This document shows positions 37,707 to 48,580 of a DNA stretch of 64,000 nt, in pieces. Within the stretch, counting starts at the first letter, position 1. Each line of letters begins with the position of its first letter. Origin of the DNA: Chrysemys picta bellii (Eukaryota); the NCBI RefSeq assembly GCF_011386835.1, contig NC_088792.1:282906001-282970000 (forward strand). The letters run 5' to 3'. Under the pieces are notes generated by a model, which saw only the letters and a program-made list of their open reading frames with translations, made no database searches and had not been told where the DNA came from. The position numbers were made by a program, and so were the translations under genes.

Positions 37707-38541
37707 TTATTCATTGTTTAGAGCTTAAAAGAAAAAAAGGAGTTAGCAAGCCAATCCATGCGGAGTTACGTTTCCATTTCCGGTAGGCACAGAACCCTCA
37801 AGTAACAATCACAGCTTTTGCCCCAGGAAAAGCAACAAATCCACCAAATATTACTTGGGGTGGAAAGAATAGAACTTTATTAAAAGGTCACCCGGAGGTG
37901 CAAGTTCGGGGGTCGTAATGCTACCATGGGAAGTGGTGTTCTACAGAGCACAGAGTATCATGCGGTTTCACTCTGATGTGGTTTCACGTTCCAGACACAC
38001 ATGCACGACACCAGGTATGATCCATTCCATCACTGCGTTCTGAGCGAAAAGCCACTTCCACGTTCAAAGCAGAAACATGCTCTGCCCCTTTTTTCCATGA
38101 GTTCCCCGGTAAATGCAAAAGTATTATGTTCTCTTAATTAACGAACTAGATCTAATTGCATATTTCCTCAAGGTATCTTATATTATTAAAGAGTTTGTAA
38201 GAACGCAACGTTTAAGTCAATGCGTGACTAAGTCAGATATCAAGATAGAAATGGATTGTGGTGCCGTTCCTCTGCTCATTAGATGTTCACAATTACAGAT
38301 GTTCACTTCCTATGCTATGGACTGTTTTAGGCTGGTACTATATTTATCAACCAAAAAATACATTCAAGAACCCTTTCTGGCCAGACGTTCATGAGCAAGA
38401 GTTGAACCATTGGTTCATAAATCATGTTTACAATTTCACTATCACTCCCTTACTTTATATCTTCCACTTAAAGGCATCCACTCAGTGCACAGACTTCCTT
38501 CAGCTGAGCTGTATAAAGTAACATTACACAATGCTGCCTAA

Positions 38542-38840
38542 GGGTACGTCTACACTACCCACCTGATCCAGTGGGTAGTGATCAAGCTATCAGGAATCGA
38601 TTTATTATGTCTAGTGTAGACCCAATAAATCGATCACCAATCGCTCTGCCATCGACTCCTGTACTCCACTGCAGCGAGAGGCGGAAGCAGAGTCGACGGG
38701 GGAGCGGTGGCAGTTGACCCCGCACCATGAGGATGTGAGGTAAGGTGACCTAAGATACAACGACTTCAGTTACGCTATTCTCATAGCTGAAGTTACGTAT
38801 CTTAGGTCGATTCTCCCCTCCCCCCAGTGTAGACCAGACC
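38542..38840. mobile_element. PIF/Harbinger MITE
   Basis: TIR gggtacgtctacact / agtgtagaccagacc and TSD taa/taa. Confidence 0.92.
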
Positions 38841-39519
38841 TAAGTCAATCTGAGTTTACTACATGGATGCAACTCTTGTGGGGCAGAGTCAAGGTCATGG
38901 TGGTGATTACAGTATGATTCTAGAACGTAGGATCCAATCAGGGATCCATCTAGTCTAGCAGCCTGTCTCTAATAGTGGCCAATACCAAATGCTTCAAAAG
39001 AAAGCTTACAAAAGCATGTACTGGGCAATTATGGAATAAAAACCTAGCCATAAGGAAATTTCTTCACCGCCCCCATCAACAGCTTGTTGAATTATGCCCT
39101 GAAGCATGGACATTTACATCCTGTATTTTAACCTTGTGGTATTATTTGCATTAGAATAGTAAGTAGAGGTCCCAACTGAGATCAGGGCCCCGTTGGGTTA
39201 GGCACTTCACAAATGTGGCCGGAGATAGTCCCAGACCCAAAGAGTCCCAGACCCTAAATAGAAAAGGCAGACAAAATCTGGGAGGGGCATAGAAAGGTAA
39301 AGTGATTCACTCAAGGTCACACTGCAGGTCAGTGGCAGGAACAGAACCTGGGACTTTCCGAGTGCTAATATGAGCCCTTATCCTCGGGATCTGTTTTTCA
39401 TGTTCTCATCTTCCATATAAATGTCTAATCTGTTTTGAACCTGAATAAGCTCTTGCCTCATTTGTATTTTGTGGCACTTATATTAGAAAAAAAAGACTCT
39501 AGGGGTGATCTGGGGAATC

Positions 39520-40210
39520 CTAGACCAGTAAGCCTTACAAAACTGCATATGACAACTGGCTGAAATGAATAGAATAGCAAAACGCATGAAATATCATGAT
39601 ACAATATGGTTTAACGAGCACATTTTCTGCAAAGGAAAATCATATCTCACTAATCTCTTCTAATGCTATGAACATGTCAGTAAAGCAGCGGACAAAGGAG
39701 AACTGGGTGACATCATTTATTATGAATTCCAAAAGGTCTTTGACAAGGTCCCCCATAAGAGGCTCCTAAAGAAGATAAGTACTCATGAGGAAGAAGCAAA
39801 GTATTGTCATGGATCAAAAACTGACTAGGAGACAGAGGAAGGAGTAGGATTAAATGGTCAATTTTCACTGTGGCAAAAGGTTAACAGCTGTCTCAAAGAT
39901 CTGTGCTGATCTGGAAAGGGGATGAGTAGTGAAATGGCAAAATTTGCAGATGACACAGAGTAATTTAGATTAGTCAGGACCAGAAAAGACGGCGAGGGAC
40001 TTCAGAGAGTCCTAAACAAGCTGGGTGAATGAGCAACATGATGGCCAATGAAATTCAGTGTTGATAAATGCAAAGTAGTGCACATTGGCAGGAAAAAAAA
40101 TTAAACTACTTCTGCATATTACAGGGTCCTAAATTAAGTAAATCAACTAAGGAAATGGACATTGGCTTTACTGTAGACAGCTCAATGGAGATCTCTGCCC
40201 AACGTGCAGC
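39520..40210 (+). mobile_element. Degraded CR1 RT fragment
   Basis: ttccaaaaggtctttgacaaggtcccccat (FDKVPH), aaatttgcagatgacac (KFADDT) and gataaatgcaaagta (DKCKV). Confidence 0.85.
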
Positions 40211-40884
40211 TTCTTCTTCAACGCTTAGCCGAACGGTCGGCTGTAGCGATTGTTCACCGTTTGGTCTGTTCCTGTGTGGCCGCAGGGGCTTGATGGGCTG
40301 AAAGTCCAACTTCAGAACAGACTTGATGCACCCATGTAATAAGGGGGCTGCCTCTGGGCTACCTCCACCCCTTGGTTGGTGGAATTTTATTCCAGATGTT
40401 CCAAGCCACCTGGAGAACTGAAAGGAAGAAATAGTCCAGTGGAGAGGTTACAAGGGAAGGTCGAAGTGCTGCACCCTATTGTTCTGTTCTGTGCATCAGT
40501 GTGCAGGCTGGGGTCTGCTGGAGGCTAGTCCTGCTCTCAGAACACTCAGTATATAGAGAGCTGAATTCAGCTACCGCATTTCCCCATCCAGAATCAATGA
40601 ACATAATTAGCAGATGAAAGATTTGCAGGAAATGGGTAATTTTCCATCTCGGTGGATAGTTGAGGAGTCAATGGGGGGTGGCTTCATTCCCTCATTCAAC
40701 CAGTTTGTTCACATTAGAAGGTGTAACTCAGCTTGTCTAATGCAGAAATCTTTCATCAGTTGAGATGCCTCTGTCCAGATGCAGAGTAGTGGCTCAGGCT
40801 GCGGTACAGAACATGAGGAATCAAGGGGCCAAATACTCAGCTGGTGTAAATGACCCTAATTCCATTTACTCCAGCTCAGGATCT

Positions 40885-41535
40885 GGGGTCAGGAAGGGAT
40901 TATTCCCCCTCACTCTATTCTGGGAGGGTTTTTGTCTCCTTCCCCTGGAGCATCAGGGGTAGCCATGGCTGGAGATGGTACATTGGGTGGGGAGGGCCAG
41001 TGCACTGAGGTGGCACTGAGCATTTTCTCTCTCAGGGACTTGGCTGGCTGGTTCTCTCTCTCATGCTCAGAGTCTAACTAATTGGCACGTGTGAGGTCGG
41101 GAAGGTCTTTCCCCCCAGGTTAGAGCAGGGCTGCCCAGAGGATTCAGGGGGCCTGGGGCAAAGCAATTTCGGGGGCGCCTTCCATAAAAAAAAGTTGCAA
41201 TATTATAGAATACTATATTCTCGTGGGGGCCCCTGCGGGGCCCGGGGCAAATTGCCCCACTTGTCCCCCCCCCACCCGGGCAGCCCTGGGTTAGAGTGGC
41301 AGTAACTTTGTGGGGGTTGCACCTTCCTCTGCAGAAATAGCCCAGTGGAGACGTTACAAGAGAAGGTAGAAGTGCCAGACTCTATTGTTCTGTTCTGTGC
41401 ATCACCTGGGTGCGGGTCACTTGCCAGAATTATCTGGGTATATCTCACTTACCCAGCCGTTTCCAGGGTCCTTGGGCATTGGTGCACCTCGGTCCCTCCT
41501 ATTCGCTGCCTGTGGCACGAAATAGTCTAGTCCCC
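40885..41535 (+). mobile_element. CR1 modular 3' UTR fragment hosting a hAT MITE and a locally templated insert
   Basis: Two ggggtcaggaagg..ttcccc modules homologous to 1290-1560 and 44630-45182. Confidence 0.75.
41126..41288. mobile_element. hAT MITE
   Basis: Perfect TIR cagggctgccc / gggcagccctg and perfect 8-bp TSD ggttagag. Confidence 0.95.
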
Positions 41536-41684
41536 AGTGTAGCCTTTTATTTTATGTAATGTTAATTATATTACAGCACCATGGGTTCGGCTCTGGTGGC
41601 TACAGTCTCAAGTTCAACAGCGTTATCTCTGCTTGTTCTAGATCTAGAGCTATAGATCACCAGTTGTAACTACAGACATACTCA

Positions 41685-41886
41685 AGTATCAGAGGGGTAG
41701 CCGTGTTAGTCTGAATCTGTAAAAAGCAACAGAGGATCCTGTGGCACCTTTAAGACTAACAGAAGTATTGGGAGCATAAGCTTTCGTGCTTGCATCTGAA
41801 GAAGTGAGGTTCTTACCCACGAAAGCTTATGCTCCCAATACTTCTGTTAGTCTTAAAGGTGCCACAGGACCCTCTGTTGCTTTTTG
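41685..41886. mobile_element. Short Penelope-like inverted-repeat insertion (related subfamily)
   Basis: Arms ~41716-41788 / 41818-41890, with the tail agtatcagaggggtagccgtgttagtctg on the left. The 12-bp TSD is cagacatactca (41673-41684 / 41887-41898). Confidence 0.92.
41792..41832 (+). ncRNA. Minimal hammerhead ribozyme motif with canonical CUGANGA core
   Basis: gcat-CTGAAGA-a-gtgag(gttctta)cccac-GAAA-gctt-atgc, with one stem II mismatch. Confidence 0.7.
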
Positions 41887-44369
41887 CAGACATACTCACG
41901 TCCTCCCAGATGGTGTTAGAGTCTCATGACTCTCTCATGGATTGATCATCAATAAGGGGATGGTCCCTGCTGGAGGATTCCCTTAGGAAGCTCAATTTTC
42001 CCATTCTGGGCACCCTTTTTATAATATGATTCTGTCTAAACCTATATTCTGAACATGTACATGAAAGTGTCCAGCCCTCTCTTTTCTTATTGGCCTATGT
42101 TCCTTAGGAACATAAGGGACTGAGATTTCTATAGGCTGCATAGGTTCTCTTTATTCTCATTAACATTGATGTACCACCTGTATCCTGTGCTTAAGACACG
42201 TGTTGGAGACCAGAGGTGCTTTTACAACATTTTTATAATGTAAAATTAATCTTCCAGCTAAATTTTTGCAATATTACCACTTGGTAGCTCTTTTCCCATA
42301 ATCTTAGCGCATCGGGCTATTCCACGGTCATTTCCTTATGTCTGCTTTTCTTATCTCCAAGGCCTAAAATAACTAAGCTAAAATCTTGCAGGCCTCAGCA
42401 TACAGGTTCTTGCATTTCGGCTTGTCTTACTTATATCTAATACACGATTTCTTCTAAATACTGATCAATGGATAATACATTAATATCACTGGCTACACCA
42501 GTGGGTCTCCTTTACTTTGGTCTAATGTGGTTTTTGGGTTTAGCGTGTGGGCATTGGTGGCCTGTGATATACAGAAGGTCAGATTAGATGATTTACTGGT
42601 TCCTGCTGACCTTAAACAGTATGGCTCGTGGTACACAGCACCCTCATCAGACCCTCACACATCCCTGGCTGTACCGTGTTCTGCAGCAGCCAAATACACC
42701 AGACAGGCTGGAAACGGCCCAACCTCTGAATAGCACAAGCATGAGTATCCAGTGGCAGAGCATAGACCCGGATACGTAGGGAACAGGGTTACGAACTGGA
42801 ATTCCATCCATCAAGCCTTTGTGACCATGACCGTGCTATGGAAAGTGCCCCCAACAACGTTGTGCTCTTTGCTCTCCATTGTGAGCCGGGACCCTCATCC
42901 TCTCCCTTCAGCCCTGTGCTTCTGGGTGCCCTTGGCCCATGTGATATGTGGGATTTGTGGGTTCCTGATTGGGTTCCCAGCCCTCCCACCATCCCTGCTG
43001 GTGGCGTGTCAACCTGTTCACAAGGCGAGGGAGGTGCATCTAGAGTCTAGCTATTTGCCTGTGTGGTTTGTATCAGTTCCATTCCCCTGCCATATATCAT
43101 AGTAGGTCTGACCCTTCTTTTGACCATGCCCTCCTCCGCCTGTGCACCAGCACTGTCAGCATATTTTAAGGGGAACAGTGGGGTGCCAAGCCCACTGCTC
43201 TCATCCTTTGGTGAACTGTTGGCTGGACTATTTTAGCCCTTGCAATGGGGCCTGGGAAGACTTTGGGGGACCGTTTGGGGATGAATAAGATTAGCATCTA
43301 CTATCTATCTAATCTATCAATCTAATCACCATACTATCTGAATGCCAGTGTTCACGTCATGGTTGATTTCTTTCTCTCCTTTCTTCTTCCCCCATGGAGC
43401 TTCTCTCCTGACATATCTCAGCTTCCTAGGAAATGCCTTAAAGATGTGTAGCCTCCCATTTCATTCCCACCCCCAGAATCAGTCCCTCCAGGTCTATGTT
43501 GAGGGAAGAGCCAGGTGAAGTACGGAGACTAATGCTGCTCTTTGTTAAACCAACATAACCCCAGTCACTCAAGATTCACAATAGCATAAATGTATGTGGA
43601 ATTTGGCCCCTTTAATTTCTTCACCCTGAAGCTTTAAAATTCCCTCACCCTTATAGGATGAAGTCTACTGATCACCACTGAGTTCCTGACAAAAAAAGAC
43701 CTTCCTTTCCTGTAGTTCCACCTTAAATGAGTGGGTTTGCTATAAATGACTATGGAGCACTCAGCCTTCTGGAGCCATTGTACTTAATACAAAGGAAGAC
43801 ATTTTGCTTTCACAGTCAGTATCTCTCCTTGTGCATTTGTCCCTGGACGTTTGACTCCTAAGGGCTGAAACATAAACGTGCTAATGGTGTGTGTGTTTAT
43901 TAAAAGGCTAGCAAAATCAGATTTTCAAAAGAGCAATCTTTACAGTTCACTGGTAAGTTTTTAGTAAGGTCACCGGAAACACATTTTTTGCGTTCTGCCC
44001 CCGTTGCTGCTGCCAAGAGAATGGGTAGCTTAATTGCAATTGTCATCATTATGAGCAGCCAAATTAGACATGCATATGTAATGTATTTAAATTTACATAA
44101 ATTGATTATTAGAAGAAATGGAAATTCGGAACAAGCATCTCCCCTTTGCACAGTGAAAGCGCTGTCCTTCTGTTGTCTTCATCAAGGACTTTGCAAACAA
44201 GTTTGCACCACCTCTGTATTTACTTTTTGGAGTCATTCTGGGCATGCCAGCAGTTCTCGTTCCCTTTGCAGTGACCTATAGCAAGGATCCTTGGGGATGA
44301 CTCTTTGTGAGTTGAGGGCTCCTTCGACTGAGAGCCCTATCTAGGTCCACTTGAACCATAGTCTGAGGT

Positions 44370-44550
44370 ATTAAGAAGAACAGAGGCCTTTTGCCATACT
44401 AGGGATTGAACCAGGGACCTTCAGAGCTAAAGAAATAAGCTATTATAGCTTGAGTTAACAAGCCAAGCCAAGTAGGAATATAACCCACACCTATCCTCTA
44501 TGGATTGGACACAGAAGGGGGCAGTAATACACACTCACCAGCAGGTTACA
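44370..44550 (-). mobile_element. ~200-bp TGTAA..TTACA/tRNA-like element (copy 2, one end degraded)
   Basis: The reverse strand starts tgtaacctgc..gtgtattactgcccccttctg and contains taactcaagc..aggtccctggttcaatccc (A/B-box-like). Confidence 0.55.
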
Positions 44551-44629
44551 TTGGCCCTTTGCAGAGGGGTGAATATTGCCTCCATAGAACAAGTATAATC
44601 AAATCTCATACCCCAGCCAGTCATCTGTA

Positions 44630-45182
44630 GGGGTCAGGAAGGATTTTTTTCCCTGAGGCACAATTGACTAGATACATTCTGAGGTTATTTTTTTGCCTTC
44701 CTTTGAATCATCGGAGATTGGCCACTGCAGGAGATGGGACACCCGATGGGGTGGACCAGTGCCCTGAGGAGGCACAGAGAATCTTCTCTCTAGATGCCTG
44801 GCAGGTAAGTCTTATTCACTTGCTCAGGATCAAATTTGGGGTCAGGAAGGAATTTTCACCCCAATCAGATTGTCAGGGAGCATGGGGGGAGGGGGAATTC
44901 ACCTTGCTCTACAGCATGGGGCTAGGATCATCTGGGCATATCTCACTTAATCAATTCCCTGCCATTTCAGGGGCTTTGGGCATTACTGGAAGCTTGGTCT
45001 CTCCTGTTCTCTGCCTGTGGCACACAGTTTAGTCTCCCGAAGACAGAAATGCTTGTGTCTAATTAAAGTTGTTATGCTCAATATAGGGTTATCTGGGTGA
45101 AAACTAGTGGTCTTTATTAGTCAGGCAGTCAGAGTAGATGATCAGATGGTCCCTTCTGGCTTTAAACTCTATGAAACTATGA
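44630..45182 (+). mobile_element. CR1 modular 3' UTR and tail
   Basis: Two gggtcaggaagga..tttt modules (44631, 44841) ending gtcagagtagatgatcagatggtcccttctgg..tctatgaaactatga. Confidence 0.8.
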
Positions 45183-45269
45183 AGTAAATGTGTCAATTTC
45201 TTTTCACAACCAGCCTGGGCTGGTTTTGACCCAGTGACTGCGGGGTGAGAAGGAGAAAAACTCAACATG

Positions 45270-45745
45270 ATTTATTGAGGCTCTCCAAAAACCTTTGACA
45301 CAATCTCTCACAAGAGGATTTTGAGAAGACAAAGTTCAGATGTAGGTGAGAGGCAAAGGACTGGATCAGAAACTGGCTAAGAGAAAACAAAGAGTCAAAG
45401 AATCAACAGTTTGACTGTTTTCATTATGGCAGCGGGACGCTACAAAGTTCCATAGTCAGACTGACATTGTGTAATATATTTATAAACTCTGTGGAAGAGG
45501 GAGTTAGCAGTGACATAGCAAATTTTAGAGATGGCATTAAAGTATTTAGTGTAATCAAGACCAGAGAAGACAGCAAAGAATATCAGAAGGGCCTTAAATA
45601 GCCAGGTGACTGGGTAACATGATGGCAGATGGAATCCCGTGTTGACAAGGTAATGCACATTGAAAGGAATAGTTTGCACTATTCATGTACATTTCTGGGG
45701 TCTGAATTATCTGTATCAACTCAGGAAAAAGACCTGGGCATTGTA
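45270..45745 (+). mobile_element. Degraded CR1 RT fragment
   Basis: ctttgacacaatctctcac (FD..H), tggatcagaaactggcta (WI.NWL) and caggaaaaagacctgggc (EKDLG). Confidence 0.75.
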
Positions 45746-46129
45746 GCCCATAGGGCTAGCTTGCCTTTATTATGTTCAGCAGTAATGCATGGACCCTACA
45801 GGCCTGTATCCTGTAAGACATTAGCTTCAGCAGTTTTAGCATAAGGCTAAATGATTTGGCATGGATAAATGGCCTAACGGAAAACCCCAAGTATTGGGGA
45901 GCTGAAAATAGAGTGTTTAAGGGGAAATTCTGACCACAGGAACATGTGTCCAACCACAAGCGTGCCATGGTGACGAATTGATGTACAAAACAATAACCGG
46001 TACATGAGTTACATCCACAGATATCTAACCACAAGAAGGCCACGGCAATGAATTGACATATATGATAAAAAGTTGAGATCATTGATATACTAACCTATAA
46101 GAGAAGGGCACTCCAACATTCATGTATTC

Positions 46130-47760
46130 ATTGGTGACCCCTCGATTCGAGGGTGATCTCTACCACGGATTTACATATGGGTCCTGAGATGACTCAGGAG
46201 TCTGATCCTGGAACTGCAAATCCACACGCAGTAGGTACAGACATTTCCTGGCGGGCCAGCTGCCTGCCGGGAGAAAGTTATTTCTTTTTTCTTCCTCCTC
46301 GTTCTCTTTTCAGCTTCGAGGGCAAGGCGCTTCTCCTCAAAGCGGGCCACTGCCTGATGGAGGATATGGCGCCATTCACGTCAGTCGGTGGCTTTCTGCT
46401 CCCAGCTGGTGATGTCCACATCAGTTTTCTTAAGATAGGTTTCAGTGAGTCTTTGCAGCGTTTCCTCTGACCACCACAGGATCTCTGACCATGGGTGAGC
46501 TGAGAGTAGAGGGCTTGTTTTGGGAGGCAAGGGTTTGGCGTCTCCGCATAATGTCCGGCCCAGCGAAGTTGGTGCAGGAAGATCATTGCTTCAATGCTGG
46601 TGACATTGGCTTCAGCAAGGATGCTGGTGTCAGTGCGGCAATCTTGCCACTTGATGCAAAGGATCTTCCGGGGGCATCGTTGGTGATACCTCTCCAAACT
46701 CTTGAGGTGCTGTCGATAGGTCACTGTAGTGGGGCGGACTGCCCCACCCCATGAGAGTGTGGGCTGCAGCAGGCCAGTGCGCCTGCGCAGACGGGCAGCC
46801 AATCAGAGAAGGGCTTAGTGGGAGCCAATCGGGGCCCAGATTGGAGGCAGCCAATCAGGGCCCGGCTCAGCCCTATAAAAAGGCTGCTCAGGGAGAGGAG
46901 AGTCAGTCTGTCCCAGGCCTTCGACAGGGGAAGGTCAGTCTCCAGAGCAGGAAGACTAGCACCGCAGACAGCGCAGTGCTGGCCAGGCTCGGGGAGCAGA
47001 AAGGAGCTCTAGCCCGAGGCCTGCCAGGCTGCAGGCCCTGAAGGGAAGGGCCTAGCAGATGCAAGGGGCCATAGGGGAAGCGGCCCAGGGAAGCGGACAG
47101 ACGAGGGGAGAGAAGGAGGACAGCGAGGCTGCTGCCAGAGGGTCCCTGGGCTGGGACCCAGAGTAGAGGGTGGGCCTGGGTCCCCTCCTTCCCCCCTTGC
47201 AGTACACCCAGCCATCCTCCGTAGGGAGCGGCCATCATAGACTATGCCATATCCCTGACAAGAGGGATTAGACTTTGGGGTGTGTAGTTAGACATGGTGG
47301 CTAGGGCATAGAGAGACTGCTGATCAACCTCCCCCACCCCCCGGAAGGGGGTGTGGATGGACTAAGGGCACTGCCGGAGGGCAGTGGCTCGAAGAAGACG
47401 CCGCGAGTTGGGAGCAACGTGGGCTCAGACGCCAACCAAGGGCGAGACAATGGGTGGGACACCACCGAGAGAGGGCGCTCCACTGGACTGAGCTAATTCC
47501 CGGAGGTAACCAGCAGGAGGCTCCAGGTGGTGAGTCCCAACCCCGTTACAGTCACCCAGGTGTCACATCCATAGAGATGTGTAGGAGCAACAATTGTCTT
47601 ATAGACCTGGATCTTGGTGTCCTGCCATAGGTCACGGTCCATGAAAATGCATTCAAGCAATTTCCCAAAGGAAGCACTTGCACACTGGATCCTGTCCTGG
47701 ATCTCACTGTCAATTTTTGCCTTTTGAGAAAGTTGGCTACTGAGGTGTTAAAAGTGCTCA
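46130..47760 (-). mobile_element. RTE-clade LINE 3' fragment split by a solo LTR
   Basis: Peptide TYRQHLKSLERYHQRC.RKILCIKWQD..TSIL.EAN.TSIEAM..QLRWAGH..LPKQ.LYSQL..G.RS.GGQRKR.KDSLK. The upstream GCDTW region continues at 47551-47640. Confidence 0.9.
46725..47550 (+). mobile_element. Solo LTR (826 bp), same family as 27911
   Basis: tgtag..ttaca termini and perfect 5-bp TSD gtcac (46720-46724 / 47551-47555). It has three CCAAT boxes and ctataaaaagg. Confidence 0.94.
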
Positions 47761-48292
47761 ACTGTCTCCAGAGTCTGACTCTCAGTGGTGATGACTCCAA
47801 CATGAGTAAGGTGAGGAAATACAAATAAGGAAGAGGGGAGAAACCCCTACTGAACATGCATCAGACATATCGGCATCAACATAACATGTTATAAAAGTGA
47901 CATCCCAGACTATGGACAGTAGGAGAAAGAGTTGTAGTACTGGGTAGGTGCCAGAATGATAGGCACAGGTGATGAGGGGGAAGGTGATGGTGATAAGGAA
48001 GATAGTGGCTAACATTTCAGCTTGTCCTGAAAGGGACGGTGTGAGTATGGATGGGCAGAGGTGCATCCTGTAGTATCTCTATCTAGCTTACTGAGCTGGA
48101 GTGTTTGTGACTGTGCTAAATGGGCTAATAAACTATTTGTAAACATAGAAGAGTCCCTGCAGTGTGCACAGCGGGGTTCCCAGCGATATAATCATTTGAA
48201 TAATACTGGGCCTGATCTTGGGACAAGAACCTGTCCAACCCTCAAAGTGATAACTGGGAAGTCTTAAATAATCAATATTAAATTAAATTAAT

Positions 48293-48477
48293 GGAGATAT
48301 CCCATCTCCTAGAACTGGAAGGGACCTTGAAAGGTCATCGAGTCCAGCCCCCTGCCTTCACTAGCAGGACCAAGTACTGATTTTGCCCCAGATCCCCAAG
48401 TGGCCCCCTCAAGGATTGAACTCACAACCCTGGGTTTAGCAGGCCAATGCTCAAACCACTGAGCTATCCCTCCCCCC
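48293..48477 (-). mobile_element. Tortoise Pol III SINE (ggagat..atctcc tail subtype)
   Basis: Reverse strand gggagggatagctcagtggtttgagcattggcctgctaaacccagggttgtgagttcaatcc..gtcccttccagttctaggagatgggatatctcc. Confidence 0.95.
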
Positions 48478-48498
48478 AAAGAAAATAAAGCAGCCAAC

Positions 48499-48580
48499 CG
48501 CCGTGAGCAGGATCTGAACCTACACAGGGACACCCCATTGGATTTCAAGTCCAACACCTTAACCACTCAGCCATCACAGC
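48499..48580 (-). pseudogene. tRNA-Ser pseudogene (82 nt; now reads TGA, body matches Ser-CGA type)
   Basis: GCTGTGATGGCTGAGTGGTTAAGGTGTTGGACTTGAAATCCAATGGGGTGTCCCTGTGTAGGTTCAGATCCTGCTCACGGCG has a long variable arm and no CCA, with TTTT ~13 nt downstream. The T-loop is damaged (GTTCAGA). Confidence 0.9.

Noticed and set aside
37720-38520. 3'-UTR-like unique region with a minus-strand AATAAA at ~37876
   Set aside because: No upstream coding exon could be linked, and a hexamer alone is expected by chance.
41900-43450. Possible ERV LTR or internal remnant on the minus strand (CCAAT, TATAAAA, polyA signal)
   Set aside because: I found no gag, pol or env motif, PBS or TSD. It may be real but cannot be supported by eye.
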